Shown piece by piece: positions 52,547-64,000 of a stretch of 64,000 nucleotides of DNA. The notes beneath the pieces are model-generated. The model did no database searches. It had not been told where the DNA came from and worked only from the letters and a program-made list of their open reading frames with translations. A program made the translations under genes and the position numbers. The stretch comes from Camelus dromedarius. Its lineage: Eukaryota. The DNA is taken from contig NC_087436.1 in NCBI RefSeq assembly GCF_036321535.1, forward strand, positions 29,514,001 through 29,578,000, given 5' to 3'. Each line of letters opens with the position of its first letter. Positions within the stretch are counted from its first letter, which is position 1.

Positions 52547-53150
52547 TACTACTGAACCAGGTTTGTGTGGCTGATTCGCAACAAGCCAAACACTGAGATG
52601 CCAAGGTTTGCAGCAGAGAAAGGATTTGTTCATGAGGCAGCCAAGTGAGGAGACGGGAGAACAAGTTTCAAATCCACCTTCCCAAAAGTGAAGAGCTTGG
52701 GAGTATTTACGGGTGGGTATAGGGTGGTCAGAGGGGCAAGGGAATGTGATTGGAGGCAGGCAAAAGGCTAGGTAATCACTGCTCTGTGCAGGCATATCTG
52801 AATTACATGTTTCTTCATGGGACTCATGTTCAGAAAATGGCAGTGTTAGTAGGAGTTTTTGGCCTCCTGATGTCAAAAGATTATTCATCCATCCATTCAT
52901 CTGGCATTCAAGCAGGCCCGGCTGAATGGTTGGTGGTCTTGACCAGTTTGAGCTGGGCAAGAACTAGCTCTAAGTTCCTGAAAACAATGTAGGCAACCAA
53001 TACTATGGTGAACTAAGCCTCAGAGGTGTTATATATCTATAGGGGGTGATTAAAGGTGTCTTGTGATATATAGGTTAAGCTATAAGAATTTTGGGAACTA
53101 TGTAATTTCCAAGATAATCAAAGGGAGCTTGACCTTGATGAGTGCAGGCA
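52547..53150 (-). mobile_element. ERV1-class LTR related to the 12.5-13.1 kb LTR, truncated
   Basis: Reverse complement shares tctcctgtctcc...ttggctg...aaccctttctttgctgcaaa.cttgg..tctcag with 13015-13090. Confidence 0.8.
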
Positions 53151-53154
53151 GGTT

Positions 53155-53255
53155 ATAAAAATATTTGCACCCCAATGTTCACAACAGCATTATTTACAAC
53201 AGCCAAGTTATGGAAGCAACCTAAGCGTCCATTAACAGATGAATGGCTAAAGATG

Positions 53256-53300
<45 letters not shown>

Positions 53301-53724
53301 GGAATACTACTCAGCCACGGAAAACAATGAAATTTTGCCATTTGCAACAACATGGATGGTCTTGGAGGGTATTACATTTAGTGAAATAAGTCACAAAGAC
53401 AAATACTGAATATCACCAATATGTGGAAACTAAAAAATACAAAAAACTAGTGAATATAACAAAAAAAAAGCAGATTCATAAGAGACAGAGAAAAACTAGT
53501 GAATACCAGTGGAGAGGGGAAGGGAGGAGTAGTAATACTGGGATAGAGGATTAAGAGGTACAAACTATTAGGTATAAAATAAGCTACAAGGATATATTAT
53601 AAAACACAAGGAATATAGTCAATATTTTATAATAAATATAAATGAAGTATAACCTTTAAAAATTGTGAATCATTATATTGTACACCTGTAACATGTAATA
53701 TTGTACATCAACTATACTTAAATG
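53155..53724 (+). mobile_element. LINE-1 3' end with (CA)n
   Basis: ORF2 C-terminal peptide ICTPMFTTALFTTAKLWKQPK plus 3'UTR. Confidence 0.9.
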
Positions 53725-53845
53725 AAATCTAATTCAAAAAGATACATGCACTCAAATGTTCATAGCAGCACTATATACAATATCCAAGACATGGAAGCAA
53801 CCTAAATGTCCATCAACAGATGACTGGATAAAGAAGCTGTGGTAT

Positions 53846-53878
<33 letters not shown>

Positions 53879-53883
53879 AAATG

Positions 53884-53915
<32 letters not shown>

Positions 53916-54375
53916 TATAATGGAATACTACTTAGCCATAAAAAAGAATAAAATAATGCCATCTGCAGTAACATGGATGGACCTGGAGATTGTCATATTA
54001 AATGAAATAAGCTAGAAAGAGAAAGAAAATGTCATATATTATTTATATGTGGAATCTAAAGAAAAAAGGACATAAATAAGCCTATTTACAAAACAGAGAC
54101 AGACTTACATAGAAAACCAACTAATGGTTACCAGAGGGGAAATGGGGGGGGGAGGATAACTTGGGAGTTTGAGGTTTATAGATACTAACTACTATATATA
54201 AAATAGATAAACAACAAGATCTCACTGTATAGCACAGGGAACTATATTCAATACCTTGTAATAGCCTATAATGAAAAAGAATATGAAAAGGACTATATAA
54301 ATCTATAAATGAATCACTAAGCTATACACCAAAAATAAACACAATATTGTAAATCAACTATACTTCAATAAAAAC
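53725..54375 (+). mobile_element. Camelid-type LINE-1 3' end inserted at the tail of the preceding L1
   Basis: Second copy of caaatgttcatagcagcacta...gacatggaagcaacctaaatgtcc; same 3'UTR as at 2.9-3.6 kb; internal (CA)n(TA)n and (AAT)n. Confidence 0.9.
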
Positions 54376-54804
54376 ATCAATTATGAATTTTAAAAGTGCA
54401 GACAATTTAAAAGTATGCAGACAATGTTTTATTTATTCAAAGCTTTTCTAAGAAAAAGTAGGGGAATGAAAAAATGTATGTGTGATATTATACTTACAAC
54501 AATCTGAAGGAAAAAATTTGAAAATGTATGTAGGTCTAAATTGAATGAAAAATAAAGTATGTATTTAATAAATGTACTATGATAAATTATACAAAGGGAT
54601 TGTATTCAAACAATAAATGCTTTAAAGATGAGTATATATGTATATGGGACAGTATTCTTTCCTAATCTTTATTTGTTTGCTATTAATATCTTTCAGGTGT
54701 CCTAAAGGGAATAAATTATAAGTTCATAACCCACATCTTTTTTTAAAACTCTGGTGTTCAACTTCATTCTACTCTTTTGTAGATAAAAAGGTTCTTTTTC
54801 TTTA

Positions 54805-55410
54805 GTAGTATTTAGAGCAGTTTTAGGTTCACAGCAAAATTGAGAGAAACCTACAGAGATTTCCCATATGCCAGTGTACCCACGCATGCACAGCCTCTTC
54901 ATTATGAATATTTCCCATTAGAGTGGTACACTTGTCTTTGTGAAGGATTTTTTTGTAGACATAGTTTTCAGCTCCTTCGGGAAAGTACCAAGGAGTGCAA
55001 GTGCTGGATTGTAAGAGTATGTTTAGTTTTATAAGGAATGACCAAGCTGTCTTGGTGGCTGTGCCATTATGCCTTCCCACCAGCAGTGAATGAGAGCTCT
55101 TGTCACTCCACATTCTTGCCAGCATTTGGTGTTAACAGTCTTCCGGATTTCGGCCATTTTAATAGAAGTCTAATAGTATCTCACTGTTGTTTTCATTTGC
55201 ATTCCCCCGATGACAGATGATGTGGAACATCTTTTCATATGCTTATTTGCCATCTGTATATCTTTTTTTGGTGACATGTCTCTTAAAAGTCTTTGGTCTA
55301 CTTTTAAATGGAATGGTTTGATTTCCTATTGTTGAGATTTCTTTTTATGTTTTGGATAGCAGTCCATTATCACATAAGTCTTCTGCAAATATTTTCTTAT
55401 GGTTTGTGGC
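54805..55410 (-). mobile_element. Old LINE-1 (L1MB/MC-like) 3' fragment
   Basis: ttagagcagttttaggttcacagcaaaattgag...cttgccagcatttggtgtt...gcttatttgccatctgtatatct. Confidence 0.85.
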
Positions 55411-58400
55411 AGTTTTTATATTAATGTATAAAATGTATAAGCAATTACTAGTCCATACCAGAAACAAGGTAGAATTTGTCATGGTTAGTACATTAAAAGC
55501 AGCAAACACAACATGCTGGTTAAAATATGCTCTAACAAAAGGAAAAATTGTTTAAATCTAATTATGAATAATGGGCTAAATTTTCATTCTGATTGGTGAA
55601 AAATATTCTACAGGTGGGTGGTATTTGAAATATGGAAAAGATAAATACTCAGGATTGCAGGAGATATATATATATACACACATATATACACAAATACACA
55701 CACACTTATGTCTCTTATTTGGATCATCTTCTTAGAGCTAATGAAATTAATGTGATTTTATAAAATTCTGATTTATATTCTAAATATATTTATAAATTAA
55801 TATATAAAGATGAAATAGGGGTCTATAAAGAAAGATCAAATCTCAGGGAAAAGCATTTTAAATTTAAGACTCATTTTCTTTCTTCTTTGGAATTTTGGTT
55901 AGCATAATGAAAATATCAGTATCAGTCATCTATCCTGTGTCGCAGTGGTTAGGAAATGTATTAACTTGAAATTTCATTCTTAAGATAATTTTTTTAGTGC
56001 TCTCATGAAAAACAGGATGTCTTTTCCCTTGTGATAATTTAGGCAGAAACTAAATTTTTGATAAAAGATGCTAGGGAGTTTCAGAACCATTGTTTTTCAT
56101 CTCTCTGATTTTAGTGAGTGGATTTGGACTCAGCACAAAATGATAGATAATGCATATTAATAACTCTTCTTTGGAAATACTATAACAAATGCAATCAATG
56201 CATAGTTAATTAAGAGCAAATTTTACTTCCCGTCTAAATGTAACTTCCTTCTCTTCCCCACTAACCTGTCCCCTCCTGTATTCCAGTGATTACTGCAAGT
56301 CAGCATCATCTCCCAGGTCAACAAAACGAAACACTGGTCATCCTGACTCACTTTTCTTAACCTCCCTGAACTATTTAATCAAAAGTTCTATTCATTCTAC
56401 TTTCTCAATATCTCATAAACCATTTTTTTTCCTTCTCAATAGCACTGTGTTGCTGTTGGTGCTCATCTTCCCTCAAAAAAGAGGAAGAAATAACCAAATA
56501 ACTCCTCTAACTTTCTAGCCTACTACAAAATCCCTATGCTATGACTTTTCTTAGGATAATACAACATTCAGTTACAAATGCAGCAGGAAAAGCACTTTTT
56601 AAATAAATTATTAGAACTCCATGGAAAACAATTACTTGTGTTTTTGAAAAATTGTATTTGAAATTTAAATTTAACATGGAAACATCCTGGAATACACGAT
56701 TTTGGTGAATTTCCAAATAAGGTACTTATATTTATACATAAGAATATTCTGGAGACTTGTTTAATATTCAGTGAAGGAGGTGATTTAATTATTTTATAAA
56801 TAAACTGCAAGTGATGCTAAGAGGACATTATCTCCAACAAATATCCACACCTGAGAGCTTTCTTTAAGGTTAACAAAATTTGTTTATACGGGAACACATA
56901 ACCAAATAATTCTTTACACAATTATTCACATACACAAAAACCCCAAGCAATCCTCCTATTCATTCTGGACTTGATAAAATACAGAACAATAAATTTTAAT
57001 CTAATTACTATGCATCTAATAAAAATTTGCTGGGAAAGGGTAGGAATAATTCTTGAAAAGTATTCCTTCACAATATGGTGAAAAAAATATATCATTCAAA
57101 TGGAAAAGATGATGAAATAATACTAGTGCCCTGAAAGTATCCAAAGCTCCAGAAGACTGTCAAGCCGGAAAAGAAGAAAAGTACGTTGTGCTATTTCTTA
57201 ATTAAATAATTTACATTATTAAAAATGTTAACATTATTTAAATTCACTGAACTTGAATGCATGAAATATAAAAGAAACAATTGTTTAATTGTGTCTTTAA
57301 TATTTTCAATGTAGTAGTAAATTAATTTTAAGCAGCTTTCTATGAATAAATATAGAATAAACATATTTCTTTGAAAATAAATTTGTTCTTCTTACCTATA
57401 ACAGTTTTAGGTAAGTTGAAACGATGTATTTAAAATATATATAGTTGCTTTTACTGTTTTTCCTTTTATTTTTAAATCAAGAGTTGCAATGCTGCAATTT
57501 CCCCCAAATAATGTTCTAAATCTCAGGTTGTGGAGTTCACTTTTCTCATTTAAAGGTGTGAATATAACTACTATAAATGGCTTAGCCATCTCTAAGATCG
57601 TAACACAGCTGTCTGAATTCTACCTATGGTGGTAACTAGCTGTCTTTCTGGATCAGCTCTTATTACTGACTGTACTGACCTCAACTTGGTATTGATCTGG
57701 CCACCATGAGATGAAGAAGACTTCTATTATCTGCTGTCTCAGCCATTACTATGAGTTTTCAAAATATTTTCTACAATATCAGTAGCAAGTAATTTTATTC
57801 TCTGAAGAATTATAAAACTTGACAGAAAGAATTTCGCAACACAATAGGGCAAGAAATGCACTCTTAGTTTGCCACTACATTTTAAAAAGGCTACGTATTT
57901 ATCTAGATTGACATCCCCTTGTAACAGAATAACGAATGTAACATCTATATGGAAAAATTGGTTTTATAAAAGGTATTTTACAAAGAAGAGTAATATATTT
58001 AATTATTAAAAATAATATCCATGATCTTATTTTAGCTCTAGCTCAGTGTATTATAAAATGTTACTGGTTACTATTATTAATTTATATACTACAAAAATCA
58101 CTTTTTTGATGTACACTAATTTATATTTTTATACATGCATGGTTTCTAATAAGCACAACCACAGGAAACTGGCAGACATTTCAAACAGCCCAAAGAATTC
58201 TGTCATGCTGTTCCTATGTTTTTGCCTTATATAGAATGTCACATAAATAGAATCACAGAGGATGTCACATTTTAAGTCTGGATTCTTTCACTTAGCCTAT
58301 GTCCTTTGAGAACTTTCCATGTTTGCTTATCCATTCACCTATTAATGGACATTGAGATTGTTTCCAGGTTTTGGCAACTATCAATAATGCCATTTTAAAA

Positions 58401-59944
58401 CATTTATGTTTAGGTTTTTGTACGAACATAGTTTTCATGTCTTTAGCATAAATACTTAGAATAAATGTAAATCCTAGGTGATTCAGTAACTATTTTTAAG
58501 TTTAAAAGAAACTTCCACACCATATTTCAGAGAAACCGTATCATTTCGCATTCCCATAATCAACATCTGAGTGGTTTTCTTGTTTACATCCTTGCTCTTT
58601 TTTAAGCCATTATAACAGGTGTATAATGGTATCATCATGTATTTATTAATTTCCATTTCCTAAATGACTAAAAAAGATGAGAATATTTTTTCATTTGCTT
58701 ATTTACATCTCATATATCTTCTTTTGTGGAACACCTGTTCAAATCTTTTGCCCGTTTTTATTTTGGGTTGCTGCTTTCCTTATTCTGTTTTGAGAGTTCT
58801 TTATACATTCTGGACACAAGTTATTTGTCTGATATTTAGTTTGCAAATATTTCCCTTCAGTCTGTAGCTTGCCATTTTAGTCTCTTAACAATGTCCTTCA
58901 CAGAGAGAGTTTTTAATTTTTATGATGTCTTATTTACTGACTTTTCTCTTACAGATTGTGCTTTGAGTGTCATATCTATTAACTCTGCCTAATCAACAGT
59001 CATTTTTTCAATGATTTCTTCTAAGAGATCTGTAATTGTATGTTTTATTTTAAGGCTGATAATGCATTTTGAGTTAATTTTTATGTAAGCTGTAGTTTTT
59101 TTTCTTTCCCCTTGACCAAAGTGGCCTGATCCTTACAGGTCCATTTGTTAAAAAGAGTATTCATTATCCATTTTATTACCATTGTACATTTGTCAAAAGA
59201 TTAATTAAAATATATATGTGTCTGTATTTATGGACCTTCTATTCTCTTCTGTTAGTTCGTAAGTCTTACTTTTCACTGACTTCATACTGCCTGGACTGCT
59301 GTAGAATTATATTATTTCTTAAAGTCTGATAAATTTGAGTTCTCCAACTTTTTTTTATTTCAAAATGGTTTGGCTATTCAAGTTCCTTTAACATTCCATA
59401 TAAATTTTACAATCAACTTGTTTGTATCTGCAAAGAATCCTGTTGGGATTTTCATGAGGTTTGCATTAAACTGATAAATTTATTTGAAGAAAAGTAACAT
59501 CTTAACTATATTGAGTCTTCTAAATGTGAACACAGCATGCCATTCTATTTACTTATGCCTTCTTTGATCTCTTTCATCAACATTTCTTGGTTTTTAGCAC
59601 ACAGATGTACTCATCCTATATAAGATTTGTACCTAAGCATTTCACATTTGTGGGAACCACTGCAGCTGATATTCTTTTTAAAATTTTAGTTGTTGTTTAT
59701 TCCTATTATATTAAAAATGTTTTGCATATTCATGTTCTTATATATTCTAAAGTTGCTAAAATCATTTATTATTTCTATGAGCTTTTTTGGTAGATTTTTG
59801 GGGACTTTCTACATATACACTCATGTCACCTGTGAATAAGTATAGTTTTGTTTCTACCTCTGTAACCTGAATACATTTATGTTTCTTGCCCTAGTGAAAC
59901 TGCTAGGACTTCCAAGAAAATACTCAATAGGAGTGGTGAGAGAA

Positions 59945-60132
59945 TGAAACTACAAACAAAACCAAGACCTTCCCCTCCCAAACACAGGTATAAATAAAGT
60001 ATTAGCAAATCAGATCTAACCAAGTGGGTTTTTCCAGGAACGCAAAGTTGGAAAAAAAAAAATCAAATACAGTAACTCACCATATTAACAGCTATAACAA
60101 GAAAAAACACATAATAATATCAATAGATACAG
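59945..60132 (+). mobile_element. Sense-oriented L1 RT-region fragment inside the antisense L1
   Basis: aaagtattagcaaatcagatctaac...gtgggtttttccaggaacgcaa...atatcaatagatacaga. Confidence 0.65.
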
Positions 60133-60285
60133 ATTTATTGCCTAATTTCCCATTTTTGGGAGAAACTATTAAGTCATTATCCTTAAGTATGATGTTAGCT
60201 CTATGCCTTTTTGGACATGCTCTTTATCAAATGACGGAAGCTCTTTTGTTTTCTTAGATTATTTCATCATTAATGGATGTTGATT

Positions 60286-60620
60286 TAAAAAGACAAACAA
60301 ACTTATTTACAAAACAAAAATAGACTCACAGACATAGAAACAAACTTATGGTTACCTAGGAAGGGAGGGGATAAGATGGGATAAAGTGGGAGTTCGAGAT
60401 TTGCAGATACTAATATATATACAAAATAGATACACAACAAGTTCAAACTGTATAGCAAAAGGAACTAAATTCAATATTTTATAGTAACTTAAGTTGAAAA
60501 AGAATATAAAAACAAATATATGTATGTTCATACATGACTGAAGCATTATGCTGTACACTAGAAATTGACACAACATTGCAAATTGACTATACTTCAATAA
60601 AAAAGTATATATATATATAT
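60286..60620 (+). mobile_element. Camelid-type LINE-1 3'UTR tip
   Basis: acttatttacaaaac...gggagttcgagatttgcagatac...agaaattgacacaacattgcaaattgactatacttcaataaaaa. Confidence 0.92.
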
Positions 60621-61761
60621 AAAGTAAAATAAGAAATTGGGATTGCTTGTTAGTGATATAGATAGATACAAATACAGATACAGATACAGCATTATATAGG
60701 TGTAGATATAGATACAGGTTACTGGATTCAATCTGCTAATATTTTATTGAAGAATTTTCTGTCTCTGTTCAGGATAAACACTGGTCCATATGTGTGTTTT
60801 ATCCTGACATCTTTATCCCAATACATAAGTTTGCTTCTCAAAAGAAGTTTTGCTCTTCTATTTTCTGCAAGAAGTTCTGAAGTCAGTACTATTTCCCCCT
60901 TAAAAGTTTGGTAGATTTTAGCGGTGCAGCCAAGCAGAAGCAGAGTTCTCTTTTTGGAACTGCTTTAACTGTAAATGTAGTATTTTTAAATATATGTGTA
61001 ACTATTCAGGTTAACTATTTTTCCTGAATGTGTTTCGGTAATTTCTGTCTTTACCGAATGAGTACATTTCATCTGCTTTTATATTATGTGAACACAACTG
61101 TTTGGAGTATTTCCTCACCCTTTAATATCTGTGGAGGCAGTTTGGATACCTCCTCTTTATTCCTGATATTGCTAATTTGTGCCTTCTGTTATTTTTTGAA
61201 ACATATTTTCATTAAAAATAAATAAAATAGATCCATTTAAATCATGATATTTGATAGTTTTCTTTCCTAAAAGTATCTCATGACATTAATGTTTTAAAAT
61301 AGTCAACAATAAAATAGTGTGTCAATATTGAAACATGAAATATGTAGGGAGACACTGCTAAAGTATAAAGTTGTCAAATTTATTTACATAGAATTCTACT
61401 GTACTCAAAATAATAAAAAAGTTTACTGTGCTCTAACTGAAAATAAATCATTCTACTGTCACTTCTCTCTTTAAGCTAAATATCTAAATTTTTCAGTAGT
61501 TAGTTATGGATTAGATTAATTGTAACTCTAGTTGTTTACTGAGTATTATTTAACAATTTTGTTTATTTCTTTTGTTTGTATCATTTAGTGGGCTTTATAA
61601 GGTATAATTTGTACTGATTTAATTACTATTTTATGATTAATTCAAATTCTTTTAAATTCATTAAATTTAAAATTATACTTGTTTAATATACATTATCAAT
61701 ATTTACTGAACTCTACAGAAAAGTTTTCCAAAATGTTCCTGGAAGTAGAAAAATTGTTTCT

Positions 61762-62110
61762 TAAATTGAGGTATAATTAACATATAATGTTACATTAGTT
61801 TCAAGTGTACAACGTAATGATTTGATATTTATATGTATTGCAAAATGATCACAGCAATAAGTCTAGTTCATATCCATCACCATACATAGTTACAATATTT
61901 TTTCTTTTGATGAGAATTTTTAAAACCTACTCTCTTAGTAATAATTTCCAAATACACAATGCAGTATTATTAACTATAGTCAGCATGCTATATATTACAT
62001 CCCTATGACTTATTTTATAACCGGAATTTTGTACCTTTTGATCATCTTCATCCATTTCACCCACCCCCTAGTCTGTGCCTCTAAAATGATCAATCTGTTC
62101 TATGTATGGG
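61762..62110 (-). mobile_element. LINE-1 (L1MA9-like) 3' end
   Basis: attgaggtataattaacatataa...gtttcaagtgtacaacgtaatgatttgatatt...tattaactatagtcagcatgctatatattacatccc. Confidence 0.88.
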
Positions 62111-62649
62111 ATAATTTTTATAGTCATGTGAATTTATGAAATACCATCTTACATTAAGAACTGTGCAGTACAGATATACAGGTTGTCCAATGCAAACAGG
62201 TCCCACTTGAAAGAAACAATACACATCACAGATACATAATGACAGATTAAAGGGCAGAGGCAGGTAGAGATTCCAGGCCTTTTGGAGAAATCTTAGAGCA
62301 GCAGAGGAGAGATCCCCCTTTACATAAACCCTCACCCTCGCACAAGGCCACAAATTCACTCAGTGCACTTGACAGCACTTTTTTCAATGGAGCAGAACAA
62401 TAAGTCTGTCCTGACCATGTTATCAGGTGTACTAGGTCCTGAGGTCATTTTCTTTTCCAATCTAACACTTCATAGTTCTTGATTCTTATTCTTGGCTAAC
62501 ATCAAATCCAATATTTTCCTTCAATTTTGGATGGGGAAAATTTGGATTGTTTATACTATTAATGGCATAAATGACAGGCCACATTTCTGACATGTGTGGG
62601 AGGAGGTTAGAGCACCGGTGCAAGTATTTGAACAGTCAGGGCCTCTGCA

Positions 62650-62735
62650 ACCAAGGTTATGAACTGCTCCTCCTGAGAGACCAACCGGCCAGGGCACTTT
62701 CTAATTTGCATATAGGGGCTCTAGGGACTATCCCT
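62650..62735. mobile_element. Possible MER91-like hAT DNA-transposon remnant
   Basis: gggcactttctaatttgcatataggggctc resembles the recalled MER91 motif. Confidence 0.35.
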
Positions 62736-63444
62736 TTCTTGGAGATTCATAATGCATATATAAAGTAAAATAAAAAATTGTCGCAGAAAAAAATATAAAA
62801 TATATTTGGACTCAATATTTAACACATTGGGATAATGTCTAGCTTATCTATCCTTTTACTGAAAATTTGTCTGTTAAAATAATCTAAAATATATCACAGT
62901 TTTAAAAAGATAAATTTTGATTTGCTCCAATATTAACAAGCTCACTTAATTTTGTTTACTTAAATTTTTATCCCTTGCAACATTCTTGACTTTAAGAACA
63001 GGAATTTTATTGTATTTTTTTTTCCTTCATTTCTTTTTTTAACCCCTGACTCTAAGCATAGGGACTAGCATATTTTAGGTGCTTAAATAAGTGATTGTTG
63101 AATATAAATAAAGTGAACCTTTTTTAAATTTTAATCATCCTATTATGGAACATTTTTTTCTTAAAAATAAGCCCCTCAAAGACACTGTTATTTAAAATAA
63201 ATACTGTTTAAAATAGAAACTAGAGAATTTAAGAGAGTCACAACTGTGACCTGACCTGTGAATAGGAGGCTGCTGGAATAATACTAACATGCTGAACATT
63301 GAGAGCTTCAACAAAGCCTCTTAAATTCTCTGAGTGACTTGTCTTGGAGTGTGATTACCCTCTCAAACATTCCACCAATCTGTCAATTTGAAGAAAAGGT
63401 CTTTAGCCCTTAAAAATAATATTTTGCCCTTAAATTATAACTAG

Positions 63445-63530
63445 TTATACAGGTAACTTAAGCCTCAGTTTGTTCATCCATAAAATAGGTGATTTGGACT
63501 ATTTTTATGGTTATTTACAATTCTAAGCAT
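63445..63530 (+). mobile_element. MIR core fragment
   Basis: gcctcagtttgttcatccataaaataggtgatttggacta. Confidence 0.65.
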
Positions 63531-63577
63531 GTAAAAGGTTTGACGCTTTTTATTTACAGTATTTGGCAGGTAGACTC

Positions 63578-64000
63578 TGTTGCCGGTGGAAGCAACCGGT
63601 GTTCCAGGTTTTTGTCCCATCCCAGGAAGAATTCAGAGACAAGACACAGTGGTTAAAAAAGTAAAGTGAGGATTTATTAAAGGATGGATAGTATACTCTC
63701 AAGGGGAAAACAGGCAGGCTCAGGTGAGTGGCTGCGCTGTGTTTCTTTGGCAAGTTAGTTACATAGAGTGTAAAAATGAATGGGCGGAATATTCATTGGA
63801 GAGGGAAGGGTTTAGGGTCGTATTCCCTGATTATCATCCCAACTCCACCTTCCCAAAGGGAGGAAGGATTTTCGTCCTTATTTGGTCTGGATCGGAAGCA
63901 TCATGGTGTTGGTGCATGATGGGTACTTCTGATCTGCAAGGCTAATTTTATTGAAATGAGGGCATAGTGAGCAAAAGGTTACATTCGGACACTGGAAATT
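63578..64000 (-). mobile_element. Relatively young ERV LTR, cut by the window end
   Basis: Begins tgttgccgg (LTR 3' end ...CAACA on the minus strand); tttatt poly(A) signal near 63673; CpGs retained. Confidence 0.8.

Larger units (their letters stand above)
58075..61200 (-). mobile_element. Old, degenerate LINE-1 ORF2 and 3' region with nested insertions
   Basis: Antisense L1 motifs throughout (gttgtttccaggttttggcaacta-like, caaatcttttgccc.ttttta, gctaggacttccaag...aataggagtggtgag). Confidence 0.85.

Noticed and set aside
52520..52992. 146-aa and 80-aa overlapping ORFs
   Set aside because: Within an ERV LTR; no retroviral protein motifs.
57407..57720. Protein-like minus-strand frames (KPFIVVIFTPLNEKSELHNLRFRTLFGG) as further upstream exons
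   Set aside because: Splice boundaries and frame could not be fixed; left uncalled, though it may belong to the relic.
1..64000. CRISPR arrays, prokaryotic operons or defence systems, tRNA or rRNA genes
   Set aside because: The sequence is mammalian repeat-rich DNA; no spacer-repeat arrays, long ORFs or structural RNA signatures were seen.

Overview
AT-rich, CpG-depleted mammalian nuclear DNA, not prokaryotic; I saw no CRISPR array, tRNA, rRNA or intact CDS. The L1 3'-end types and the absence of recognisable ruminant, pig or cetacean SINEs suggest a camelid (inference). Much of the window is interspersed repeat: L1 fragments of several ages, ERV solo LTRs with 4-bp target-site duplications (TSDs), MLT1/MLT2, L2, MIR and microsatellites. 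Many ORF-track entries are L1, L2 or LTR debris. The main non-repeat signal is a series of minus-strand segments bounded by AG/GT splice sites with compatible intron phases, from about 51 kb down to the window start. Spliced, they give protein-like sequence with scattered stops, including a 116-codon and a roughly 78-codon stop-free stretch. I read this as a large, decayed multi-exon (non-processed) pseudogene whose identity I could not recognise. One reconstructed exon is split by an L1 insertion with a TSD, and an adjacent one coincides with a CpG-rich cluster of CAGAC/GTCTG motifs. All TE family names are from memory of consensus sequences, not from a search.
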